In this document: positions 37,180 to 46,579 of the stretch, one piece after another
Position numbering within the stretch: position 1 is the stretch's first letter
Layout of the letters: every line of letters starts with the position of its first letter
Source of the DNA: Vulcanimicrobiota bacterium
Lineage (GTDB): Bacteria > Vulcanimicrobiota > Vulcanimicrobiia > Eremiobacterales > Eremiobacteraceae
Assembly (NCBI GenBank): GCA_963805945.1
Contig: CAWDVP010000003.1
Span: 1 to 64,000 of the forward strand
Direction of reading: 5' to 3'
DNA length: 64,000 bases
The notes under the pieces: generated by a model
Seen by the model: the letters and a program-made list of their open reading frames with translations, nothing else
The model's database searches: none
What the model was told of the DNA's origin: nothing
Made by a program: the position numbers and the translations under genes

Positions 37180-38709
37180 TTAGTGGATGGTCTGACGCGG
37201 CCGCTGCGGGTGATCCGCCTTGACGCCCGGGATAGGCCGGTCTGCCGCGGAGGTGCGACGAGCCGTGAACCCAAGCGCGAGAATGCCCGGCTTAGGCGCG
37301 TACATCCCCTCGTCGAAGATCCCAGCGACCGGCGCGTTCGCCACCGCGAAGATCCCCACCGGATGGCCCGCGCTATAGGCGGTCGCGATGTAGTCGCCCA
37401 CCATCTGGCCTTGGCTGGTCGCCGCCAGCCACGCGACGTTCATCGAGCCGGCGAGCGTGACCGGCGCTCCCCACGTCGTGCCGCCGTCTTGCGACGCGAT
37501 GAAGCCGACGAAGAGCTGGCAGGTCGCCACCGAGCAATTGGTGTTGGCGTAGTAGTAGTACGTGAGGCCGATATGCGCGCCCGCGCCGCTCGTCGCGGGA
37601 TCGATGCCGATGCCCGGGATGAAGTGATCGACGCCGCTCGTGACCAGGTCGATGGGGATGCGCGTCGGAATCGTCCACGAGGTGCCGTTCGACGACGTGC
37701 TCATGACGATGTCGTTGGCCGAGCAGCCCGCGCGAAAGCGGCAGTCCTGCCACACCGTATACACTTTGCCGGCGCCGTCGATGGCCGCAGAGGGCAGCGG
37801 GCCGCTGCGGATGCCGGCGGCGTCCAAGTGGTCTGTGATGGCCGAGACGATCACAGAGCCCGTCCAGCTCGCGCCGCCGTCCGTCGAGGTAAACGCGAGG
37901 ATGTTCGAAAGACTCGCATCGCCGATGGGCACGATGACGGTGCCGTTCGGCTGCACCAGCTGCTGTCCGCCGAGGCCGGTGGCGTTGTCCGCGGTGTTCA
38001 ACGTCGGACCCCACGTGAGGCCGCCGTCGGACGATGTGTTCATGTGGATGAGATCGCCGGCGCTCGGATCGTCCCACTCGACGTAGCAGTTGCCGTAGTG
38101 CGGGCTGCCGGGCGAATCGTCGCACGTGATCCAGTCCTTGTCGTTCGAGTTCACGATGGGCGTGACGCTCACCGGCGCGCTCCAGTTGATGCCGTCGCTC
38201 GAGCGGTTCACCAGCACCGCCGGCGTCAGCGTCGCGCTGAAGAAGATCGGCAACGATGAGGCCAGCCACACGGCGTGTTTGGCGTCGAACGCGATCCCCG
38301 GATCGCTGACGCTGTCGTATGGCCCGGGCGGCGCGACGTAGGTGGTCGTGCTCGGCAGCGAACCCGAGGTCCAGGTCGCGCCGCCGTCGAGCGACCTGGC
38401 GAAACCGATATCGGATGAACCGCCGTTGAAGAACCTGCCCTGCTGAAAGGTGGCGACGAGGGTGCTGCCAGATGCGAATATCGACGGCTCGACCTCAGTC
38501 GCGTGCTGGCTTCCCGCGTTGAGGAAAGGATCGGCACTGATGCGATTCGCGTTCGTCGTGATCGGCGGCGGCGTCGGTACCGGCGGCGTGCCGCCGCCCC
38601 CGTTCGAGCCGCCCCCGCACCCGGTCGCCAGACCGACAGCGGAGAGCAATGAGGCGATACAGGCGGTCGAATAAATTCGACCGCTCCATGGACTAGAGGC
38701 GCTTCGCAT
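37180..38709 (-). CDS. BNR/Asp-box (sialidase-like) beta-propeller lipoprotein
   Basis: ATG 38709, LATGC lipobox, repeated S.DGG.TW Asp boxes, DKDWI. Confidence 0.85.
   Translation of the reverse strand: MRSASSPWSGRIYSTACIASLLSAVGLATGCGGGSNGGGGTPPVPTPPPITTNANRISADPFLNAGSQHATEVEPSIFASGSTLVATFQQGRFFNGGSSDIGFARSLDGGATWTSGSLPSTTTYVAPPGPYDSVSDPGIAFDAKHAVWLASSLPIFFSATLTPAVLVNRSSDGINWSAPVSVTPIVNSNDKDWITCDDSPGSPHYGNCYVEWDDPSAGDLIHMNTSSDGGLTWGPTLNTADNATGLGGQQLVQPNGTVIVPIGDASLSNILAFTSTDGGASWTGSVIVSAITDHLDAAGIRSGPLPSAAIDGAGKVYTVWQDCRFRAGCSANDIVMSTSSNGTSWTIPTRIPIDLVTSGVDHFIPGIGIDPATSGAGAHIGLTYYYYANTNCSVATCQLFVGFIASQDGGTTWGAPVTLAGSMNVAWLAATSQGQMVGDYIATAYSAGHPVGIFAVANAPVAGIFDEGMYAPKPGILALGFTARRTSAADRPIPGVKADHPQRPRQTIH
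38664..38689 (-). repeat. REP-like palindrome, family B (ATGGAG-CGGTCGAA-TTTA-TTCGACCG), within the lipoprotein N-terminus
   Basis: 25/26 identical to 50045-50070; reads WSGRIYST in frame. Confidence 0.8.
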
Positions 38710-39172
38710 AGTGCGTATGCTCGGGTTCGTATCCAAGCGCTTTGTAGAAAGCGCGTGCGGGGACGTTCTGTTCCAATACATTGAGCGTCACCAGTTCGCA
38801 ACCGCGGCCGCGAGCCCATTCCTCGCATGCGGATATCAAGGCTCGGCCTACCCCGCCGCGGCTGCGGGCGACCACAACTTCAGAGATATGCGCCACCGGA
38901 CCGCCGGTGAAGAAGTCATCGACCAGCACGACCCAAGCGAAGCCGGCGCGCGAGTCCGCACGCTCCGCGATGAAGATCGCTGAACGCCCCGAACTTGGTG
39001 GACCCGAGCTGCGCTCAGGCAATACGGGCTCCGCGAGAGCGCGTTCGAGCTGCGCATTGGTCCCCGCGATCAGTTGTGCGGGCGTGCGCCACGCGGGAAC
39101 GCCGTTCTCGAAAAGCCGCGGCACGAGCCCCACGATGAAGTCGCGGTCGTCTGAGGTCGCCCGACGTATCAC
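38693..39172 (-). CDS. GNAT-family N-acetyltransferase (start uncertain: GTG 39172 or ATG 39274)
   Basis: IRRAT..D, GGVGRALI..CEEWARGRG..VTLNV..N..ARAFYKALGY. Confidence 0.85.
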   Translation of the reverse strand: MIRRATSDDRDFIVGLVPRLFENGVPAWRTPAQLIAGTNAQLERALAEPVLPERSSGPPSSGRSAIFIAERADSRAGFAWVVLVDDFFTGGPVAHISEVVVARSRGGVGRALISACEEWARGRGCELVTLNVLEQNVPARAFYKALGYEPEHTHYAKRL

Positions 39173-39386
39173 CGGATCGAGCGTTCTTAGAGGGTTCGGT
39201 GGTATCCTAGGCTCCGCCGGCTGTGCCGGATTCCGGCGATGAAGGGGGTCCGTTTCAAGAAACTGTGACGACATCGCGGACGACCTGCGCGGAGGCGAGA
39301 CTCCCGCGACGACGAAATATGCTGGCGTCGCCTGCCAGCCCACCTGGTATCGCGCACTTAGGTACAGTCAACGAGGTGGCATCGTC

Positions 39387-39647
39387 GTGCTGCAGTTAAT
39401 CGCGCTTCTTGCCGTGGCGGGTGTTGCCTATTACTACTTGGGGTGGCCCTGGGCGCTGGCGGTCGTCGTCGCGTACTTCGCCATCGGGTACTTCTATAGG
39501 ATGTGGCGCGCCAATGCGGACCGTGAGGCCGCCGTGCAGGTCCTACGCACGCCTTTGTCCGACGCCGAGAAGATCCACATGGACCTGATGAAAGAGCGCG
39601 ATCAGCGCATGGCGCAGCGACAGGCGACCAAGAACAAGTATCGCTGA
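39387..39647 (+). CDS. Small membrane protein
   Basis: GAGG RBS, hydrophobic hairpin and charged tail. Confidence 0.6.
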   Translation: MLQLIALLAVAGVAYYYLGWPWALAVVVAYFAIGYFYRMWRANADREAAVQVLRTPLSDAEKIHMDLMKERDQRMAQRQATKNKYR

Positions 39648-39656
39648 CCCAGGGGC

Positions 39657-39791
39657 TCAGCTCGCGGCGGCGCGTTTCTTCCAGGCGCCGTAGATCAAGC
39701 CCAACATCACAAGCCCGAGCAAGACGCAGCCGGCGTAGATGACCCACAGCATGAGCCGGTGTTCTTCATCATGCACGTTCTGCAGCAGCAC
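39657..39791 (-). CDS. Small single-TM protein
   Basis: GGAG before GTG 39791; MLLQNVHDEEHRLMLWVIYAGCVLLGLVMLGLIYGAWKKRAAAS. Confidence 0.45.
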   Translation of the reverse strand: MLLQNVHDEEHRLMLWVIYAGCVLLGLVMLGLIYGAWKKRAAAS

Positions 39792-39912
39792 TGCTCCTGG
39801 CGCCAACCGGACCCTTCGAAGGATGGCATCAAATCGCGGGTGAAGCGACGACGGGCCGGGACACCGCGGGACGGAGCTTCCGATCGCCCGCGCGCTCGCG
39901 ATTGCTGGGGGC

Positions 39913-40419
39913 ATGCTACAGGTCATCGAAACGGAGTTCGCCGACGCCCGCATCTTCGTCCCCGACGTGTTTCCGGATGCGCGCGGCTTCTTCAAAGAGA
40001 CATATTCGCGCAAGAAGTATGCCGCGCTCGGGCTCGACGACGAGTGGGTGCAAGACAGCGTCTCCCGCTCGCGCAAACACGTGCTGCGCGGCATGCATTA
40101 CGACGCGCGCATGGCCAAGCTCGTGCAGTGCCTCGACGGCCGCGTCTTCGACGTCATCGTCGACCTGCGCGAGCACTCGCCCACCTTCCGGCGCTGGCAA
40201 GGCTTCGAACTTTCCGCCGACAACCACCATCAGCTCTACGTGCCGGCGGGCTTCGCGCACGGTTTCCTGGCGCTCGAGGACGCGGTCGTGCACTACAAGA
40301 TGAGCGCCCACTTCGATCCGGCCCACGAGCGCGTGCTGAGCTGGAAAGACCCTGGCGTCGGCATCGCCTGGCCGCTGACCGCCGAACCGATCCTCTCGGA
40401 GAAAGACGCCAATGCCTGA
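39913..40419 (+). CDS. rfbC: dTDP-4-dehydrorhamnose 3,5-epimerase
   Basis: DARGFFKETY, VQDSVSRS, VLRGMHY, DVIVDLR..SPTF, GFAHGF, YK, W.DP..GI.WP..LS.KD. Confidence 0.95.
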   Translation: MLQVIETEFADARIFVPDVFPDARGFFKETYSRKKYAALGLDDEWVQDSVSRSRKHVLRGMHYDARMAKLVQCLDGRVFDVIVDLREHSPTFRRWQGFELSADNHHQLYVPAGFAHGFLALEDAVVHYKMSAHFDPAHERVLSWKDPGVGIAWPLTAEPILSEKDANA

Positions 40420-40618
40420 TGCGCGGACACGATTCGTCGACCTCGTCGCAGCGCTCGGCGAGCAGGTCGTCGATCTCGAACGGCGGGTGAGCGCGCTGGA
40501 GAAGGGCGCGCCGCCTCCGCGGCGCATCGCCGCCTCGGATCTGCGGCGCATCGCGAAAGCGCTGATGCGCGAATCGCTCGGCGTCGCCGCCGGCGCGAAG
40601 AGAAAGACGGACGACTGA
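40412..40618 (+). CDS. Small coiled-coil hypothetical protein
   Basis: Overlapping start/stop coupling on both sides. Confidence 0.55.
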   Translation: MPDARTRFVDLVAALGEQVVDLERRVSALEKGAPPPRRIAASDLRRIAKALMRESLGVAAGAKRKTDD

Positions 40619-42060
40619 TGGGCCTGTTCATCACCCGCTCGATCGACGCGCTCAACAAAGAGACGGAAGAAGCGCAAGGCCCTCGGCTCCGGCGCGCGCT
40701 CGGCCCGTGGGCGCTCATCGCCTTCGGCCTCGGCAGCATGGTCGGCGGCGGCATCTTCGCCACCATCGGGCTCGGCGTGCACACCTTCGCGGGACCTTCG
40801 GTCGTGCTGTCGTTCATCTTCGCCGGGCTCGCGTGCCTGTTCGCCGCGTTCGCGTATGCGGAGATCTCATCCATGGTGCCCGTCGCCGGCAGCGCGTACA
40901 CGTATACCTACGCGACGCTCGGCGAGATCGTCGCGTGGATCATCGGCTGGAACCTCATCTTGGAATACGCGCTCTCCGCGGCGCCCGATGCGAACATCCT
41001 CTCGGGCAACGTGCAGCAGTTCCTCGCCGGCTACAACGTGCATCTGCCGCTGTGGGCCACGGCGTTCTACTCGCCCGGCCAGCACACGTACTTCGACGTG
41101 TTCGCGTTCCTGGCGTGCGTGCTCGTCGGCGGGCTCGTGGCGATCGGCATCCGCGAATCGGCGGGGACGAACTCGATCCTGGTCGTCTTGAAGATGGGCG
41201 TGCTCGTGCTGTTCGTGCTCGTCGCCATCGCGTTCTTCCATCCGGCCAACCTGCACCCGTTCGCGACGCACGGCTTCCACGGCATCCTCGGCGCCGCGTT
41301 CATCGTGTTCTTCGCGTTCATCGGCTTCGACGCCATCACCACCACCGCTGAGGAAGCCAAGAACCCGCAGCGCGACATGCCGTTGGCGATCCTCGGGTCG
41401 CTCGGTCTGGGCGCCGTGTTCTACATCGCGGTCGCAATAGCGCTCACCGGCATGGTGCCGTCCTCCCAGGTGAGCGAGAACACGCCGCTCTCGAGCGCCT
41501 GGCAGGCGGTCGGGCTCGGCAAGTACGCCTTCGTGCTGGAATGGGGCGCGGTCATCGGCGCGGTGTCGATCATCCTCACCGCGTTCATCGGCCAAGCGCG
41601 CATCTTCTACGTCATGGCGCGAGACGGTCTGCTGCCGAAGAGCGTCGCCACCATCCATCCGGTCTTCCGCACGCCCGCGCGCATGACCATGATCACGTGC
41701 ACCGTCGTCGGCGTGCTCGCGGCGGTGTTCGACCTCAACACGCTGCTGGATTTCGTCAACATCGGCACGCTCACCGCATTCATCTGCGTCTGCGCGGGCG
41801 TCATCATCCTGCGCTACACCCAGCCCGACAGGCCGCGCCGCTTCAAGTCGCCGTTCGTGCCGGTGTTCCCGGCGATCGGCATCGTCTTGTGCCTGATCTT
41901 GATCTTCTATGGAACCGATTGGATCGTGTGGACGCGTTTCGGCGCGTGGCTGCTGCTCGGCTTCGTGGTGTACGCGCTGTATGGCTACAGCCATTCGGAG
42001 CAGCGCAAAGCTGAGAACGCGGCGAAGGCCGCGCAAGGGCCGGGACCGGGAAGCGGCTAG
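40618..42060 (+). CDS. APC-family amino acid permease (CAT/YfnA-like)
   Basis: GSMVGGGIF, YAEISSMVPVAGSAYTY, FFAFIGFD, MARDGLLP, IGTL. Confidence 0.93.
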   Translation: MGLFITRSIDALNKETEEAQGPRLRRALGPWALIAFGLGSMVGGGIFATIGLGVHTFAGPSVVLSFIFAGLACLFAAFAYAEISSMVPVAGSAYTYTYATLGEIVAWIIGWNLILEYALSAAPDANILSGNVQQFLAGYNVHLPLWATAFYSPGQHTYFDVFAFLACVLVGGLVAIGIRESAGTNSILVVLKMGVLVLFVLVAIAFFHPANLHPFATHGFHGILGAAFIVFFAFIGFDAITTTAEEAKNPQRDMPLAILGSLGLGAVFYIAVAIALTGMVPSSQVSENTPLSSAWQAVGLGKYAFVLEWGAVIGAVSIILTAFIGQARIFYVMARDGLLPKSVATIHPVFRTPARMTMITCTVVGVLAAVFDLNTLLDFVNIGTLTAFICVCAGVIILRYTQPDRPRRFKSPFVPVFPAIGIVLCLILIFYGTDWIVWTRFGAWLLLGFVVYALYGYSHSEQRKAENAAKAAQGPGPGSG

Positions 42061-42070
42061 GAGATCGCGG

Positions 42071-42955
42071 CTAGTGGGTGACCGGCGCCTCGACGTTCGA
42101 GTTGTCGCTCTGCAACGGTGAGGTCGCGAGCGATGCCGGGTCGAGCTCGACCGTGTATTGTTGGTGGTCGCCGACCACGCCGGCCGGATGTTTGTTCTGC
42201 CCCAGGAGCTGGAGCGAATCGGTGAGTTCGACTTCCATCGAGAGCATCCGATGGTTGGCCGGGTCGTATTCGCCGTGCATCGTGATGCGCGCGGTGCCCA
42301 TCGCGTAGCCCATCGCCGCACCGCTGTTCGAGACGACCGGCTCCTTCATAGGCGCGGTGCCCTCAGCGCTGATCTCGAAGACGTTGACGCCGAGCGCGAG
42401 ATGCTGACCGGTCACTTCGAAATTCATGGTCGGGCGGGCGGTCATGCCGAAGAGCTTCGTGCCGAGCTTGTCCGTCCAGGTCGAGCCGACTTCCAGCTTG
42501 GCGCCCGCGTCGACGGCGCTCTCGCCGAGGAACGGCAGGGGGAGCAAGAAGACGCCGCCGAGATTGCCGCTGTCGCGCGCGATCGTGCCATCGCCGCGCA
42601 CCAGCGTCCAGCCCTTGCCCGAGCTCTTGCGCGATTGGTTCGACACGGCGGCGACGATGAGTCCAGAGCGATGCAGCGTCAATCCCTGATCGGAGATCTG
42701 CTGGATGGCGACGTGCTCGCGGCCTTCCAGCGAGGTGGGCGTGCCCTGCTGCTTCACGCGCTGGCCGAGCGTGTCGTGTCCGGTGATCTCCTGGGTCATG
42801 CTGCCGCGGATCGAGTAGTCGAACGCGTCGCCTATCTTATGCTCGGCGCCCGCGGCGACCGGAGCGACCGCACTCGAGTCGGACGCATCGGCGAACGCTA
42901 GGGCGGGAGCCGCAAGCATGAGGCAGGCGATAGCTGCGCCGACGAATCGCTTCAA
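42071..42955 (-). CDS. Secreted beta-rich hypothetical protein
   Basis: TTG start at 42955, signal peptide ending AFA-D, GC3-biased frame. Confidence 0.7.
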   Translation of the reverse strand: MKRFVGAAIACLMLAAPALAFADASDSSAVAPVAAGAEHKIGDAFDYSIRGSMTQEITGHDTLGQRVKQQGTPTSLEGREHVAIQQISDQGLTLHRSGLIVAAVSNQSRKSSGKGWTLVRGDGTIARDSGNLGGVFLLPLPFLGESAVDAGAKLEVGSTWTDKLGTKLFGMTARPTMNFEVTGQHLALGVNVFEISAEGTAPMKEPVVSNSGAAMGYAMGTARITMHGEYDPANHRMLSMEVELTDSLQLLGQNKHPAGVVGDHQQYTVELDPASLATSPLQSDNSNVEAPVTH

Positions 42956-43156
42956 ATCAGGTCCTGGCCTCCGAGGGTGGCGGGATGCCGAGCACAGAAG
43001 GGTCGCGGCGGAAAAGCGCTTTCGTGTGCGACTGTATCGCAAAGCGCCACTGGATGTTCAGCGGTGGCCTTGCTTTCGGCGAACGGCCGCGCGTCCCTCG
43101 CGTCGCCCCCTGTCGTGCGGGACATATGCACCGGTATGAGTGGAGGATACATCTCA

Positions 43157-43600
43157 ATGCTTCAGCACAGACATGTGATAGGTGTCGCATCTGTGGTGCT
43201 CGCGGCCGCTCTTGCGGGGTGCGGCGGCGGCAGCCAGAGCCAGGCGCCCTCGCCCGCCCCGACCGCGACCACGGTCATCCAGGGCGAGCAGAACGCGCTG
43301 CCGCTCGCGGTCGCGGCGGCCATCCCGGCCGGTCTCAAGTGCGGCAAGCCCGACATCGTGTGGGTGAACATGCACAGGAAGTCGTTCCATGATCCCGGCG
43401 ACCCGTGGTACGGCAAGACCAAGAACGGCATGTACATGTGCCGCGCCGACGCCGTCGCCGCGGGCGATCACCCGGCAGGGCAGCGCCACTCGCACATGAA
43501 CTCGGGCAACGGTTCGGACATGAATACCGCGACAGCGGCGCCCGCAGAGACGGCCACGCCGAGCGGCAGACGGCACCACCGGAGAAACGGCTCGAACTAG
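43157..43600 (+). CDS. Lipoprotein with a small Cys-paired domain
   Basis: GGAGG RBS, LAGC lipobox, C..IVWVN..FH..WYGKTKNG.YMC. Confidence 0.8.
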   Translation: MLQHRHVIGVASVVLAAALAGCGGGSQSQAPSPAPTATTVIQGEQNALPLAVAAAIPAGLKCGKPDIVWVNMHRKSFHDPGDPWYGKTKNGMYMCRADAVAAGDHPAGQRHSHMNSGNGSDMNTATAAPAETATPSGRRHHRRNGSN

Positions 43601-43609
43601 CAGCCGACG

Positions 43610-43638
43610 CGGCGGGCGGCGCGCGGCGCCGCTCGCCG
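43610..43638. terminator. GC-rich hairpin between convergent genes
   Basis: CGGCGGGCGGCGC-gcg-GCGCCGCTCGCCG. Confidence 0.5.
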
Positions 43639-43664
43639 ACGCAGCATCGCCGCTCGGCGCGCTC

Positions 43665-46454
43665 CTACATGTTCACGTCGAGCCGGAAGCGGAAGAGCGA
43701 CGTGGTCGCGTCCATCGTCGGATCCTGATCGTAGTGCTTCTGGTAGTTGAACTCGACGCCCGGCGCGAGCTGCGGCGTGAGATGGTATGACAGCAATCCC
43801 GTGAGCAGGGCGGTGTGCGAACCGCTCGTCTGCGCGCGCACGTTCGCGTTCGTCAGCACGAACTTGACCTCGAAGTTGCGCGTCGGCGCCGCCAGCGTGC
43901 CCATGGTGTTCGGCGGCACGCGTCCGCCGAAGGTGAAACCGTAATTGACCGCCTCGGACACGCCCGCGCTCGAGCTCGCGCTGGTGGTGCTCGTCGCATT
44001 GAGGCCGGCGCCGAAGTTGTGCGGCCCGTTGGTGAATTGGTAGTTCAGCACGCCGGTGCGCGTGGTGGATGACGTCGACGGCTGCAGCGAGTCGTTCGCT
44101 GAGGCGATCGTGCCGTTGAGCGTCAAGCTTGACGGTCCCGTCTTCGAAAGCCCCAGATTGACCGTGTTCGTGACGGTGTCGGCGCCGGGCGCGAGCGCTG
44201 CGTCGCGCTCGAGACCAAAGGTGATGCCCGGATACTTCGGCGGCGTGATGCTGAAGTTCAGCGCGGTCGCCGAGGTCGACGAGAAGACCGAGCGCACGTT
44301 GTCGCGCGCGTAGGTGAGCGCCAGCGTCGAGATCGGCGACGTCATGAAGCTCAGGCTCGCCGCGCCGCCCGCGCGGTCGGAGAGCGCGGATGCGCCGCTG
44401 AGCGTGCCGAATTGCGCGGCGGCGTTGTGGTACTCGACGTCGAGCGTCGTCGCGCCGACGTTATAGTTCAGGTCCGCCTTGTCCACGTCGTCGGCATAGG
44501 CGCCGCCGCCGCCGGTGAGCGGCTGGGTCGAAGATACGCCGCCGGTGAGCAGCGCCTTGAGGTGCGGCGTGAGCCCCTCATTCCATTCGAACACGCCGGC
44601 GGTGACGTCGAGCGGCCCGGTCGTGCCCGTCGAGACGAACTTGTTGACGTCGTCCTGGTTGCGCGAGTATGCGACGCGGAAGGTGTCGGTGTTCCCCGCC
44701 CAGCCCTTGGTGAAATCCAGGAGTTCGCCGGTGCGCTCGGTCGAGCTGTTGCTCGGCAGTTGGAAGTAGCCGCCGCCGCCGTGCAGCGCCCAGCCGGACG
44801 GCAGATCGTACGTCAGATCCAGGCCGCGCAGCGTCTCCTTGTTGCCGATCACCGCGGGCAGCGCGGCGTCCGTGCGTCCGATGACGTCCTTGAACTGCAA
44901 AGGCGGCGCAGGCGTCGGCGTGGGCGCAGGCGGGGGAGCCGGCGCGGGCGCTGGCGTGGCCGTCTGCGGCGCAGGCGCTGGACTCGCGGCAGTATCCGCG
45001 ACCGTGAGCGACGCCATTTCGAGATCGGTGAGCGCCGTCTTCGGCGTGGGCACAGGCGCGGGCGTCGGCGAGCCTGAGCTCGACGGCGGTGTGGGTCCGA
45101 CCGTGTGCCCTGGCTGCGGACTGGGCACGGGTGCTGCGGCGTTGGGTATCGGTGTGCCGGTGTTCGTCGGCGGCGGCGTCACCGTGCCGCTGTCGGCGGA
45201 CGTGGTCGAGGAGTTCGGCGCCGGCGTCGCGTTGGGCGCCGTGACCGGGGCCGGCGTGGCCGACTGGAACGTGAAGAGCGGATCGACCTTCTTCGAGACA
45301 GGGTCGAAAAGGCCGGTGAGCAGCACTTCGTCGGTCGACCATTGCAAGGCCGTGGTCAGGCCCAAGTTGACGTTATATCCGCCGCGGTTGGTGCCCGAGT
45401 TGGTGAGGATGGCGCCGCTCGCGTGGAACTGGTTGTTGACGATCGGCGCCGGGTCAGGTCCGCCGATGATCTGCAGCGGCAGGGCGCGTCCGACCGCGAC
45501 CGTGCCTCCTTGATTGACGCGCACGTACAGCCGGACGAGATAATCGCCGCCGGCGTCCGCGGGCACCGTGTAGGGGATGAGCACCGTCTGCACGTCGTTG
45601 GGCGCGTTCGGGTTGTACGGCGGCACGAACGGGTCGCTGCGCTGCACGACATGGCCTTTGTGGTCAGCCAACTCGACGATCACCTGCAGCGGTGAGACGC
45701 CGCCTGCGCCGGCGATGTACGGCGTGATGATGCGATAGGTGAGCGCGATCGACGTGTCTGTCCCCGCGAGCACCGGCGAACCGACCAAGAAGGAAGAGTA
45801 CACCTGGCCGATCGGGACCTGCACCGGATTGGTGGCGACGTTCACCTGCGCTTGCGCGTAGCTCACGCCCTGGCCCGTGATCAGCAGCCGCGCGGTGTAG
45901 AGCAACGGGCTGTTGTAGTGATGGATGAGCACTTGGGTAGGCGCGGACAGCACTTGCAGGCTGCCGTCGCCGAAATCGACGTACGCGCCGGGGATCGCGG
46001 TCGTGCCGGTGCTCGCGGTGAAGTTGACGGCCTGGCCGGCGATGACGCTCGTCGGCGACGCCTTGAGCGAGAACATCGCGGGGTTGGCGATCGTCACGGT
46101 CGTGCGGGCGATGATCGTGAGCGGGGGGAGGTCGACGCTGAGCGTGAGATTTTCGGTGCCGGGTCGCGCGTAGACGTGCGAGACGCTCTTCGGATACGGC
46201 GGACCGAGCGCCATCATATTGCCGTCGCCGAAGTCGAGCGTGCTCGCCAGTGCCATGCACGTGTTGGTGTAGCTGATGGTGAAGTTCACCGTCTGGCCGG
46301 GCAAGGCGATCGAGGCGTTGGGCGTGATGGCCGCGGTGATGACCGGGATGCACGGCGCCGCGCGGACCACGGCCGGCGCCGCCAGAGCCAGACATGCGAA
46401 GGCCGCAACGACCAGAGGCCGTGCTATGGAGGCGCCGCTCGCAAGAGGCTTCAT
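43665..46454 (-). CDS. Large secreted protein: two PKD domains, P/T-rich linker, probable C-terminal beta-barrel
   Basis: Two DFGDG..H.Y motifs; amphipathic strands through the C-terminal half ending FRFRLDVNM. Confidence 0.75.
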   Translation of the reverse strand: MKPLASGASIARPLVVAAFACLALAAPAVVRAAPCIPVITAAITPNASIALPGQTVNFTISYTNTCMALASTLDFGDGNMMALGPPYPKSVSHVYARPGTENLTLSVDLPPLTIIARTTVTIANPAMFSLKASPTSVIAGQAVNFTASTGTTAIPGAYVDFGDGSLQVLSAPTQVLIHHYNSPLLYTARLLITGQGVSYAQAQVNVATNPVQVPIGQVYSSFLVGSPVLAGTDTSIALTYRIITPYIAGAGGVSPLQVIVELADHKGHVVQRSDPFVPPYNPNAPNDVQTVLIPYTVPADAGGDYLVRLYVRVNQGGTVAVGRALPLQIIGGPDPAPIVNNQFHASGAILTNSGTNRGGYNVNLGLTTALQWSTDEVLLTGLFDPVSKKVDPLFTFQSATPAPVTAPNATPAPNSSTTSADSGTVTPPPTNTGTPIPNAAAPVPSPQPGHTVGPTPPSSSGSPTPAPVPTPKTALTDLEMASLTVADTAASPAPAPQTATPAPAPAPPPAPTPTPAPPLQFKDVIGRTDAALPAVIGNKETLRGLDLTYDLPSGWALHGGGGYFQLPSNSSTERTGELLDFTKGWAGNTDTFRVAYSRNQDDVNKFVSTGTTGPLDVTAGVFEWNEGLTPHLKALLTGGVSSTQPLTGGGGAYADDVDKADLNYNVGATTLDVEYHNAAAQFGTLSGASALSDRAGGAASLSFMTSPISTLALTYARDNVRSVFSSTSATALNFSITPPKYPGITFGLERDAALAPGADTVTNTVNLGLSKTGPSSLTLNGTIASANDSLQPSTSSTTRTGVLNYQFTNGPHNFGAGLNATSTTSASSSAGVSEAVNYGFTFGGRVPPNTMGTLAAPTRNFEVKFVLTNANVRAQTSGSHTALLTGLLSYHLTPQLAPGVEFNYQKHYDQDPTMDATTSLFRFRLDVNM

Positions 46455-46579
46455 CACGATATTCACCCGAAGTCTCACTCGAGAAAACCAAGGATGGGCG
46501 CGCGTAGACGTGCGGACGCTCGGCTGTTCCCATGGCCGCCTCGCCTTTCCTTCACTTGGTCCGCGTGAAAGGACCGTGG

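Noticed and set aside
39180..39380. Structured intergenic region as a riboswitch or sRNA
   Set aside because: Only small GC hairpins; no match to aptamer cores I recognise.
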